The position numbers and the translations under genes were made by a program. Below are positions 1 through 8,700 of a DNA stretch of 35,687 nucleotides, in pieces. Below the pieces are notes generated by a model. The model was not told the DNA's origin, did not search any database, and worked only from the letters and a program-made list of their open reading frames with translations. This DNA comes from a virus (Duplodnaviria; Heunggongvirae; Uroviricota; Caudoviricetes). The stretch is from IMG/VR virus record IMGVR_UViG_2690315992_000010, one strand, 5' to 3'. The stretch's first letter is position 1. The number at the start of each line of letters is the position of its first letter.

Positions 1-273
1 ATGAACATCGGTAAAGCAATCATCAACTACGCAGCGCGTCGCAACATGGACATTACCTTGATTGGGGATGAGACCGTGGCGTTCTGGGAAGCGGATAACG
101 ATTGTGAATGGATGTTCTCCTACATGATTGGTAATGATGGTTTCCTCCACTTTAAAGGCAATGTGTATCTGCCGCAGGATATTAAAGAAGAATTACCAGC
201 GTGCATCGATACAGACAAGAAGCTGAAAGAAGTAATCAACTTTATCGCTAAAGAGTTTATCAGCAAGAAGTAA
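1..273 (+). CDS. hypothetical protein (begins at window edge, possibly 5'-partial)
   Basis: Open frame 1-273 ending TAA at 271-273, followed by stem-loop at 284-302. No domain recognised. Confidence 0.4.
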   Translation: MNIGKAIINYAARRNMDITLIGDETVAFWEADNDCEWMFSYMIGNDGFLHFKGNVYLPQDIKEELPACIDTDKKLKEVINFIAKEFISKK

Positions 274-283
274 TGTCTAATTT

Positions 284-302
284 GGCGGGTACTATTCCCG
301 CC
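284..302 (+). promoter_or_regulatory. intercistronic stem-loop, copy A of a repeated hairpin-plus-RBS module
   Basis: GGCGGG-tactatt-CCCGCC. The surrounding ~40 bp (TCTAATTTGG.GGGT...ATTCCC.CCG.TTT..AAA.GGA.AAT) recurs at 715-765 with compensatory stem changes. Confidence 0.4.
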
Positions 303-323
303 GATTTAAACGGAATACAGACA

Positions 324-710
324 ATGTTCAATATTATGACTCGTAAATTTGGTGAGATGACTTTCGAGAAAGCTGGTGTTGCTCGTACCGAAGAAGAAGC
401 AATGGCCTTAGTTCTGGTAGCACTGAGATCATCAACTGAGATTATCGACGCTGAATATGTAGCCGCAGAAGGTGAGATTAACGAGATTAAAGCGGTGGCT
501 AAGGAATTAGGTGTTAAAGGTTTCCGTAAGCTGAGACTATCCCGCGAGTCATATGTAATTGGTAAGCAAGGACAATACCTAGATGAGAATACCGTGATTA
601 TTCTACTGAATAAGATCACCCGCTACGGTTGGAAGATTGAGCAATATAAAACATGTTTCGAATTATACGAAAAAGGTTTGCTGGATACTCTGACCATCGT
701 TCGCGCTTAA
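324..710 (+). CDS. hypothetical protein
   Basis: ORF track gives 273-710. ATG 324 preferred because 273-323 overlaps the stem-loop and the paralogous module at 725-766 places the start codon after the hairpin. Stop TAA 708-710. No domain recognised. Confidence 0.4.
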   Translation: MFNIMTRKFGEMTFEKAGVARTEEEAMALVLVALRSSTEIIDAEYVAAEGEINEIKAVAKELGVKGFRKLRLSRESYVIGKQGQYLDENTVIILLNKITRYGWKIEQYKTCFELYEKGLLDTLTIVRA

Positions 711-724
711 TTAATTTCTAATTT

Positions 725-750
725 GGTGGGTGTAATTCCCACCGCTTTTT
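725..750 (+). terminator. intrinsic terminator-like hairpin, copy B of the module
   Basis: GGTGGG-tgtaatt-CCCACC followed by GCTTTTT, then GGAGAA RBS and ATG at 767. Confidence 0.5.
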
Positions 751-766
751 AAATGGAGAATCAAAC

Positions 767-847
767 ATGTTAGCTTTTATCTCATTCGTGGGAGGTAGTC
801 TCACAACCATGATTAGTCTTTCTTATATTGTCGTTAGTATGGGGTGA
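767..847 (+). CDS. small hydrophobic peptide, 26 aa (MLAFISFVGGSLTTMISLSYIVVSMG)
   Basis: GGAGAA RBS 8 nt upstream of ATG; not in ORF track (too short); hydrophobic composition. Confidence 0.2.
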   Translation: MLAFISFVGGSLTTMISLSYIVVSMG

Positions 848-850
848 GCA

Positions 851-973
851 ATGAAACAATTTCATGATGGCATTTCATCTAAGACATTCAAGAAAGAATA
901 TTCGCTGTGTATTAACTGGATTGATTTGATTGGTGCGGTTGTGTTTGGTCTGATTATTAGCATTAACTTTTAA
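851..973 (+). CDS. small membrane peptide, 40 aa with hydrophobic C-terminal segment (IDLIGAVVFGLIISI)
   Basis: ATG 851 preceded by GGGGTGAG; stop TAA 971-973; not in ORF track. Confidence 0.25.
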   Translation: MKQFHDGISSKTFKKEYSLCINWIDLIGAVVFGLIISINF

Positions 974-1018
974 TGATATAAATATATCGTAATTCAAACA
1001 ACAAGAGGAAATTCTACT

Positions 1019-1432
1019 ATGAAAAAGATTATCGCTGGTGTTGTTCTTGCTCTGGGTTTGGTTGGTGCTGCAAATGCTAATACCTATTATGTGTGTAATT
1101 CCTACTTCGAACATAAAGGAGATGATACACAATATCTTCGTGATGGCGACCGTTATTATCATGCACCGTCTGGAAAATATCGTGGTTTTATCGGTGTGAA
1201 AGTTCGCGTGAATGATGATAATAGTCAATTTGCTTTCAACGATCCGGTATATGATAAGACAATCAAAAGCCCTAAATTGAAAGAAGATAAGAACGAGAAA
1301 GAAGAATATTATGGTTCCGAAGATGGTAAATCCTACATCAAGTATCTGCATTCTGTTGATGGCGCGCCTATATTTGATGTTAAAAAAGGTGATACGTCTT
1401 ATTCCCTGATTAGCTGCCGTGAAATTCTTTAA
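1019..1432 (+). CDS. secreted/periplasmic protein of unknown function (Sec signal peptide)
   Basis: Strong RBS AGAGGAAA before ATG 1019. N-terminus MKKIIAGVVLALGLVGAANA is a canonical signal peptide with AxA cleavage motif. Two Cys (positions 26 and 134) could form a disulfide. Confidence 0.6.
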   Translation: MKKIIAGVVLALGLVGAANANTYYVCNSYFEHKGDDTQYLRDGDRYYHAPSGKYRGFIGVKVRVNDDNSQFAFNDPVYDKTIKSPKLKEDKNEKEEYYGSEDGKSYIKYLHSVDGAPIFDVKKGDTSYSLISCREIL

Positions 1433-1446
1433 TCTTTAATCACCTA

Positions 1447-1486
1447 GCCCCTATCGTTATAATACGCGGTAGGGGCGTTTTTGTTT
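1447..1486 (+). terminator. hairpin with T-tract between secreted-protein gene and recombinase gene
   Basis: GCCCCTA...TAGGGGC stem around a TTATAATA centre, followed by GTTTTTGTTT. Could be a terminator/attenuator or a recombinase-associated palindrome. Confidence 0.4.
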
Positions 1487-1495
1487 GGAAATGGT

Positions 1496-3175
1496 ATGAA
1501 AACTAAACTGTATTCGTATATTCGTTTCTCGTCTATGCGTCAGAATGATGGTTCGAGTTATGAACGACAAATCAGGATGGCTAGAGAGATTGCGGTAAAG
1601 TATGACCTTGAACTGGTAAATGATTATCAGGATCTGGGTGTATCTGCGTTTAAGGGTGCTAACTCCAAAACAGGGGCGCTATCTCGTTTCCTTGATGCAA
1701 TAGGTAGATCCGTTCCTGTTGGTAGCTGGCTATTCATCGAAAACTTGGACCGTTTATCCCGTGCCGATATTGTCAGTGCGCAGGAGTTATTCCTTTCAAT
1801 CATCCGTAGGGGGATAACCATTGTTACTGGCATGGATAACAAGATCTACTCGCTGGATACTGTTACCGCTAACCCGATGGACCTGATGTTCTCCATCCTT
1901 TTATTCATCCGTGGTAATGAGGAAAGCCAGACTAAGCGCAATCGTACTAACTCAAGCGCACTGATTAAGATTAAAGCTCATCAAGAAAATCCACAAAATC
2001 CGGCTGTTGCAATCGAGGAAATTGGAAAGAATATGTGGTGGACTGATACCACATCTGGTTATGTGCTTCCTCATCCGGTCTTCTTCCCTATTGTTCAGGA
2101 AGTTGTGGAATTACGCAGGAATGGACGGTCAACCGCCGAGATACTGGATCACCTTAACGCGACATACACACCACCACCAGCCGCAAGTCACAAGAGGCAT
2201 TCAAACTGGTCACGGGCAATGATTGAAAGGTTGTTCCATACCCGCGCTTTGATTGGTATCAAGGAAATCTCTGTAGATGGCGTTAAGTATGAGTTAAAGG
2301 ATTATTATCCTCGTGTGCTAGATGACGCTGAGTTTTATCACCTTAAGAAAAGCATTGGTGTTAGAGCATGTAACTTTGGAGACAAAGAAGAAGTTAAACC
2401 TATTCCCTTGCTTAGTGGTGTTGGTCTATTGAAATGTGAACATTGCGGTTCCGCTATGGTTAAGGTGAAAGGAACAAACAGACGGCCTAACCAATATCGT
2501 TATTCATGCGATGCAATGCGCTCTAGTCGTATTGAATGTGTGCATACAAACTGGAGTTTTCGCGGCGACCAATTAGAGAAAGCTGTATTGCAATTGCTGG
2601 CTGATAAAATCTGGATTGCTGAAGATAAGGCTAATCCGGTTCCGGCTTTGAAAGTACAGATTGATGAAATATCACGCAAGATTGATAACCTGATTACCCT
2701 TTCTGCTATGACAGGAGCAACGAAGGAGCTAGCCGATCAGATTACTACCCTCAATAGCGAGCGTGAAACACTCTACAATCAAATTAAGATGGCAGAAGAG
2801 GAAATGTATTCTGTTGACTCTCAAGGCTGGGAGAAGCTCGCAGAATTTGATTTAGAAGATGTTTACAACGAGGATCGCATTAAGGTCCGGTTTAAGATTA
2901 AGCAAGCTCTAAAACGGATCGGGTGTAGCAGGATTGACAAGTACAAAAACTTGTTTGTACTGGAATACATCGATGGCAAGACCCAGAGAGTTGTAATAGA
3001 AAATTCAAGAGGACCGAGGAAAGGCCGGATCTTCGTTGATTTGAAGACTATCAATGATAGGCAGATTCTGGAGAGTAACGGGCTTGTTCTGCATCCATGT
3101 TTAGACATGCTGACAGATAAGAACTGGAAACCAGAAGAAGAAATACCAGGTCCATTACAGGAATTTGGAATTTAA
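1496..3175 (+). CDS. large serine recombinase (putative serine integrase)
   Basis: N-terminal resolvase-type catalytic domain (YIRFSSMRQ...SYERQ, GVSAFKG, ENLDRLSRA), then recombinase domain, Cys-rich zinc-ribbon (CEHCGS...YRYSCD...CVH) and coiled-coil; 559 aa from ATG 1496. Track start 1481 is TTG; ATG 1496 is in frame. Confidence 0.8.
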   Translation: MKTKLYSYIRFSSMRQNDGSSYERQIRMAREIAVKYDLELVNDYQDLGVSAFKGANSKTGALSRFLDAIGRSVPVGSWLFIENLDRLSRADIVSAQELFLSIIRRGITIVTGMDNKIYSLDTVTANPMDLMFSILLFIRGNEESQTKRNRTNSSALIKIKAHQENPQNPAVAIEEIGKNMWWTDTTSGYVLPHPVFFPIVQEVVELRRNGRSTAEILDHLNATYTPPPAASHKRHSNWSRAMIERLFHTRALIGIKEISVDGVKYELKDYYPRVLDDAEFYHLKKSIGVRACNFGDKEEVKPIPLLSGVGLLKCEHCGSAMVKVKGTNRRPNQYRYSCDAMRSSRIECVHTNWSFRGDQLEKAVLQLLADKIWIAEDKANPVPALKVQIDEISRKIDNLITLSAMTGATKELADQITTLNSERETLYNQIKMAEEEMYSVDSQGWEKLAEFDLEDVYNEDRIKVRFKIKQALKRIGCSRIDKYKNLFVLEYIDGKTQRVVIENSRGPRKGRIFVDLKTINDRQILESNGLVLHPCLDMLTDKNWKPEEEIPGPLQEFGI

Positions 3176-3179
3176 GCTA

Positions 3180-3437
3180 ATGAAGATGATTAAGATTTTA
3201 GGTTTGATTTTATCTATGAATTCTTGCCTGGCATTGGCAACCGTTGACCAAGAAATGCGTAGACCGCTAACCTATAGAGAAGATGCTTTCATTGATGGAG
3301 CACATAAGACATTGAAATTGCTATGTCAAAAGACCACCAGTAATTACGATGAATACAGAAAATGTTATGAGGAATCACTAGACATTTATTCTGATGAGGT
3401 GAGAAAGATTTTCATAGAACAAGAAAATAAATCATAG
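3180..3437 (+). CDS. small secreted or lipoprotein-like protein
   Basis: N-terminus MKMIKILGLILSMNSCLALA is signal-peptide-like (possible atypical lipobox or ALA cleavage site). Track start 3165 is TTG; ATG 3180 is in frame. Confidence 0.4.
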   Translation: MKMIKILGLILSMNSCLALATVDQEMRRPLTYREDAFIDGAHKTLKLLCQKTTSNYDEYRKCYEESLDIYSDEVRKIFIEQENKS

Positions 3438-3475
3438 GCGGCCTAAATCGCCGTATAACGAACCAAACGCTTTAA

Positions 3476-3498
3476 GGGGTACATTTGTACCCCTTTTT
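3476..3498 (+). terminator. intrinsic terminator at convergence of plus-strand operon and minus-strand late operon
   Basis: GGGGTAC-attt-GTACCCC followed by TTTTT. Confidence 0.6.
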
Positions 3499-3519
3499 AA
3501 TTTAATTGCGTTAGAGAGT

Positions 3520-3717
3520 CTATAATTGGCTTAAATCAAGCTCTAGGTCTTCCGGTTCTTTCATTACTTCAACCAGAGACGGATCTACTTCGTCAAAAAC
3601 GACTTTATCGTCTGCGGTATATTTGTCTATAATGAAAAAATGGTCAGAAATATAGCTAACGTCGCCAGCATATTCTAACAAAAAAGCGCCCACCAGAGGC
3701 GCTTTTGTTTTATCCAT
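3520..3717 (-). CDS. hypothetical small acidic protein
   Basis: 65-aa ORF, last gene of minus-strand operon before terminator; no domain recognised. Confidence 0.4.
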   Translation of the reverse strand: MDKTKAPLVGAFLLEYAGDVSYISDHFFIIDKYTADDKVVFDEVDPSLVEVMKEPEDLELDLSQL

Positions 3718-4063
3718 TCCACCGTGATTTTTTTGATCTGGAATCGATATGCGTAAATGTTTTATATTTTCCTAAGCCGTATTGAGTAGGATATTTCCCA
3801 TCAAGATAAGCATGAACAATATCAGGTGAGACACCCTTGATAACAATGTCAGCCGCGCGGCCTCGAACGTGATAGCTATTGGCTGCCCCGCCTACATTCT
3901 TGTTATGAGTCGGGCAACGGTTGCCACTGTTAATAATCACTGGTTTACCGAAGTGCTCTCGTACATCCTCAAGAATTACCAGTAATTCAGCGTCGATTGT
4001 ATCATAATCACATTTTCCGCATTTACATTTAAATTCCTTGCGAGAAAAATGTTTGCTTAACAT
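3710..4063 (-). CDS. peptidase M15-family zinc peptidoglycan peptidase (putative endolysin)
   Basis: FSRKEF...CKCGKC, SGNRCPTHN, SYHVRGRAAD and TFTHID motifs match the small M15A/YcbK-like zinc peptidase architecture. Family assignment from memory of motifs, not a search. Confidence 0.6.
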   Translation of the reverse strand: MLSKHFSRKEFKCKCGKCDYDTIDAELLVILEDVREHFGKPVIINSGNRCPTHNKNVGGAANSYHVRGRAADIVIKGVSPDIVHAYLDGKYPTQYGLGKYKTFTHIDSRSKKSRWNG

Positions 4064-4072
4064 ATTACCCCC

Positions 4073-4420
4073 TTAGATCATTTCGAAGATATAACCAATA
4101 AAGCGCATACCCTTGATATAATAAGGAGCAGTGCCTACACACACCGCGCGTGCATCGCCCAGACAATTAAAGCTATAAGGATTAACTACATCGACTTCTT
4201 GCCCGACACGAAAACGATACTTAGGACGTTTAGCCAATGTAGCGACACAAAACACGGTCCCTTTTTCATGATCGCGGATACATTCTTTATATTGTTTATG
4301 TTTAACTCTCTTCGCCTCAAAATCATAGGTCATTGATTCTGGGCTAATGCCATTAATAAAAATACCGGAAAGCTGATCGACCGGATAAGTAGGAAATTCA
4401 GTGAAAATATTTTTAGCCAT
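4073..4420 (-). CDS. hypothetical protein
   Basis: 115-aa ORF, no TM segment or motif recognised. Confidence 0.45.
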   Translation of the reverse strand: MAKNIFTEFPTYPVDQLSGIFINGISPESMTYDFEAKRVKHKQYKECIRDHEKGTVFCVATLAKRPKYRFRVGQEVDVVNPYSFNCLGDARAVCVGTAPYYIKGMRFIGYIFEMI

Positions 4421-4458
4421 GTTATACCCCCATAAGATTCTATGAGGGTATTTATGGA

Positions 4459-5142
4459 TTAAACATATCTCATGCGCGATTTAATGTGCTTATTAATGTT
4501 CTTAAGCATCATTTCCTCGTTGCTTTCCCACGATCCTAGCGTCGAATAACGAGTAGAAATTTTATCCGACTTAACGGCAACAATTCGCTTACTCTGTTTC
4601 TGGATGCGTTTCTCTAAGCGACGTTTTGCCACCGCCGATCCATTCCTAGCGCGTTTGGTTCGGGATTTCTTAGGCTTGTACTTCTTCATGATAAAAGTCC
4701 CTTCCTTGTTCTCTACCTTGATGAAGTTGCCGTTTTCGAGGTTACGCATCATCCTCCCGCCTTTGATGGCCTTAATGTTCCCGTGGGCGTCTAAGACCTT
4801 ACCGTTGGCAATTGGCACTAGCTTATTGATTTTGCCACCATCGAAATAGTGTTTCAGATAGTCGTCCTGACTGCCGATCTTCTTGTCCTTATCCCTTGCG
4901 CCCTTAATGAAGATTTGGTGTCTCGTCCCTGATCGGTTCTTGTAGTTGGTATTACCTACAGCTTGCTGAGTCCAGCGAGTAGGTCTATCAACATTCTTGT
5001 TAATCTTCTTCTGGAGTGCTCTGGAAGCAAAGATCGCCCCTTCCCCTATCGCCCTTTCGAATGTATCAGTTGCCTTTTCAGACCATTGCCGCAACGCTTT
5101 CTTAGTCCTTAGAGCGTTTCGTTTATTGGTACTGATTGCCAT
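4459..5142 (-). CDS. hypothetical highly basic protein
   Basis: 227-aa ORF rich in Lys/Arg (KKYKPKKSRTKRARNG..KRRLEKRIQKQSKR); function unknown. Confidence 0.45.
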   Translation of the reverse strand: MAISTNKRNALRTKKALRQWSEKATDTFERAIGEGAIFASRALQKKINKNVDRPTRWTQQAVGNTNYKNRSGTRHQIFIKGARDKDKKIGSQDDYLKHYFDGGKINKLVPIANGKVLDAHGNIKAIKGGRMMRNLENGNFIKVENKEGTFIMKKYKPKKSRTKRARNGSAVAKRRLEKRIQKQSKRIVAVKSDKISTRYSTLGSWESNEEMMLKNINKHIKSRMRYV

Positions 5143-5143
5143 G

Positions 5144-5314
5144 TTAGCCCCCTAATAACGAAAAGACCCCCGCCAGTGTCCTTAGCAATTGTTCATCCAC
5201 GGTCATAGCCGGGAGTTCAAGCCCAAAGGACGTTAGCAGAGGTCTAATAGCTACGTTATAAGTGAGGGCGACAATCAAGAGATAACCAAAATATTTCTTA
5301 AGTTTATTCTTCAT
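5144..5314 (-). CDS. small membrane protein, 56 aa (one predicted TM helix)
   Basis: Internal ATG at 5314 preceded by GGGGTGA RBS; hydrophobic stretch YFGYLLIVALTYNVAI. Track ORF 5144-5386 starts further upstream and overlaps the preceding gene. Confidence 0.35.
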   Translation of the reverse strand: MKNKLKKYFGYLLIVALTYNVAIRPLLTSFGLELPAMTVDEQLLRTLAGVFSLLGG

Positions 5315-5333
5315 ATATTCACCCCTTTTATTA

Positions 5334-5612
5334 TTATTTTTGTCTGAGTAAATCGATAACTTGGTCAAATTTAGCGTCCATCGCAACCACTTTCTTCTCT
5401 ATACCGTGTAGTGTTTGTTCCATTTGGTAAACACGTTCAGCAATCTGAGTATGGTTATTCTGCATCGTCTCAAACTTCTGGTTTAACAATGCGTCGCTGG
5501 ATTCCAATTTAGATAACCTATTTTCTGTTGCTAATTGATTTCGGTGGAGTCTCCAAAGCCCACCGCAAATTAAGGCGATAACACCGATACCGCCATATAT
5601 AATTTCAGTCAT
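5334..5612 (-). CDS. membrane-anchored coiled-coil protein (N-terminal TM, spanin-like topology)
   Basis: N-terminal hydrophobic IIYGGIGVIALICGGLW followed by heptad-like helical region; sits immediately downstream of J-like gene. Confidence 0.45.
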   Translation of the reverse strand: MTEIIYGGIGVIALICGGLWRLHRNQLATENRLSKLESSDALLNQKFETMQNNHTQIAERVYQMEQTLHGIEKKVVAMDAKFDQVIDLLRQK

Positions 5613-5717
5613 TACGCCCCCGATATTTTTATATAGTTTAATGGCAAAATTATTTAGATAAAAATAATCCCGCCTAACTCAAAAGAATTAAGCGGGATTA
5701 ATTATTAGAATTAAATT

Positions 5718-8700
5718 TTAAGAAACAGAAATACCAGTAGCGGCTTTCTTAGTTACCATTACCGTTAGATCGCTGATATATGCACTTGGGGTATAGTTGT
5801 TAACGCCCTTACAGTAAACTTCAAAAGTCATTGTTACTGCCCCGTGTCCGGCTGGCATGTCAATAACTCCACTGTACATACAGCCAGAAGTTGCAGTGCG
5901 ATCATATAGAACACCACCATTTTTCTTAACGATTAGTCGGCAAGTATCCCAATGATCGCTACTTTCGCCACGACGAACAGACCCGTTATGATGAATCGCT
6001 GGAATCACTATTTGGCGATCGAATGGATGATCATCTTCGACCCTTACAGTGATTGCACCATCAGGCCAGTTTGGTTGGCGATGCGGGAAACTCCTACCAA
6101 CCACTTTCACGAAGTCACCACGCACCTGATTAGCATCAAGCATACCCAAAATGCGGCAACTTGAATTAATCGTTACGTTGTTCATTTCGCCGGAATCAGC
6201 CACCAAATGACCACGAATATTAGCGTATCTAAAATGGCAAGTGCCATCTTTGCCAATATACCATCCATCGTTACCATTCCAGTTATAAGACTGGATATAG
6301 TTACCAATTTTAGCATTATCGATAGAGCCATCAATAATATGACCTGTTCCGATCTGTGCGTGCTGGATGTGAGCACCGTTAATCTGGGCTGTGCCGATCT
6401 TAGCCGTAGTGATACTAGCATCACTAATCTGGGCGGTTCCGATCGCTGCATTACGAATCATTGCATTATCGAGATAAACCTTGTTATCTTCGATACCAAA
6501 CGGACAAACTTCTGATCCGTCTTGTGGAGCTACCGCGATTTTATCAGCCGTAAAGATGATTCTCGTCGGTTGTGCTGGATCGTTGGTTGCGCTCATATGA
6601 ATACCAGCCACGCGACCATCTGCATTAACTGCCAGATTATATTTGCTGTTAATGGTTCCCTTCAAAGCATCGATTTTTACATCTGCTTCCTGATTCACAC
6701 CAGCAATCTTACCATCCATTTCTACCCGAACTTGATCAATCTTGCTTGCGCTTGCTGCCTCACTGGTAGCAATTGCTTGTTTCAGGGTAGTAGCGGATGC
6801 GCTAACTTCTTTGGTGATATCGCCTTTCAGTTCAGCTTTAACCTGATCAATCTTAGTTGCGCTGGCTTGCTCACTGGTAGCAATCAGACTCTTGAGAGTA
6901 TCGGCTGAGGCTTGGACCGTCTGCCCTGTCTCGGTAGTAATCTGTTTATGCATTGCATCAATCTTAGCATCGGCATTAGCGCCAGCTTGAGCAATAGCAT
7001 CCGCGATGGTTTCATCTAAGCGATCTTGTAAACCGATCAGGTCTTCCAGTGCTTCTTTGTCCTGATCGTCCCAACTAATGGTAGATTTCATTTGCATGAA
7101 ATACGGTTCGGACCAAACAGCATCATCCATACCGAAAATATCGTAGTGAGCACCACGGATATAATAATCACCGTCAGCAATATCAAAGGAAGTATGGCTA
7201 ACACTATTCGTGCTTACTGCCCTTGCATCTGAGAAAGTGTTATCGGTTGCATACTGGATGATTGACCCTGCATAGTCATGTTCTACGTCATCCGCCCAGC
7301 TAACAAACGCAGTATTAAAGCCACCACGCGCACTAAAACCTTTCATTGGCTTATGCTGTGGGTTAATAGCCACTAAACGCGCTGGGGCGCTTACAGAGTT
7401 GTTATAACCCTTAGCGGATACTTCTACCGTCAATTCACGGGAAAGGCCGTTAAACTGGTTCATATCGAGCGTATAGGTCCATGATTCAGGATCGCGGGTA
7501 CGGTACTGAATAGACTTACCAGCCTTGTTAGTTACCTTGATAATGTAGGCTTCAAACAGGTCACTAAACTTGTTAGTTTCACCGTTGATAACCACATCTA
7601 AGGCTTGCTGATTGTCCCATTCAATAATCAGATCGTTGCCTTCGAAAGTACCAGGTGAACTACCCTGATTTTTGATGCGGATCGCTGGCGTAGGCAGTTC
7701 ATAGGTAACTTCTGGATTCTGGTTAACCAATTCCACCCATTCGGAACGAGCAATAATACCGAAAGCACAAACGCGGTAATCGTAGGAACGATCTTTAGCC
7801 AGTGCATTGATATTGAAAATTTGCTGTGAAGTCTGTCCCAGCTTAATCCAGTTAGGTGATCCACTCACTTTGTAATCAATCTGGAAACCGTAGCGGTTGA
7901 AATCTTCCGGTGCATCCCATGTCAAAGTTACGTTTTTACCGTGGATTGTCTCACCAGTTGCCTTAATTCTGAAATTAGTCGGTTTCTGTACTGTCATTGA
8001 ATCCGGTAAACCAGTAGGTCTATTGTCTGGATTCGCCGCATAGTTCAGGTCAGTATAAACCTGAGAATTATATTCTGTGGCGGTGATAGTCATCATCCCA
8101 GCAATACCAGAATCAATAGAGCGATCAATTGCAGTAATACGCCAAAGTGAATTATTCAGTTTTAATTCATCATAGGTTACGCTAATAACATCCCAAACTT
8201 CGGCAGTGAATGCGTCAGTAGTCATAAAGCTGATAACCTGAGTGATACGAGATTTATTTCGTTCTACACTCGCGAGTTTATCAATCTGGGCTTTAGACTT
8301 AACAAAACGATATTCAATATCTTTAGCGATAATTCGACCATCTTGACGAATAGTAGCATCGTTTTCAGCATCAGCCGGATAACGTAGCATTTGCTCGGAA
8401 TAGTCGATTGATGGTTCTTGATACATCGCGTTAATGGTATTGAAATAACCGTTAGTGCCACCTGTTTTCAGTGATACCTTACCCATCATGATATTGTCTT
8501 CATTGAAGGTATGCTTAACAATATCAGGAGCATCCAGTTTCAGGGTAATTCTTCCGAAGGATTCGAACATCACCCCGCCGAAAGTCTGCATGAGATTAGT
8601 TAAGTTCTCTTTAAAGCTGGCGTTCGGATCACATGCACCGTTTGAATGCAAATCCATCTGGCGTACTTGTTTACGTACTTTCAGGAATGAATCAACGTTG

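Noticed and set aside
875-1351. 158-aa minus-strand ORF overlapping the secreted-protein gene
   Set aside because: Overlaps a plus-strand gene with good RBS and signal peptide; hydrophobic low-complexity translation; no RBS.
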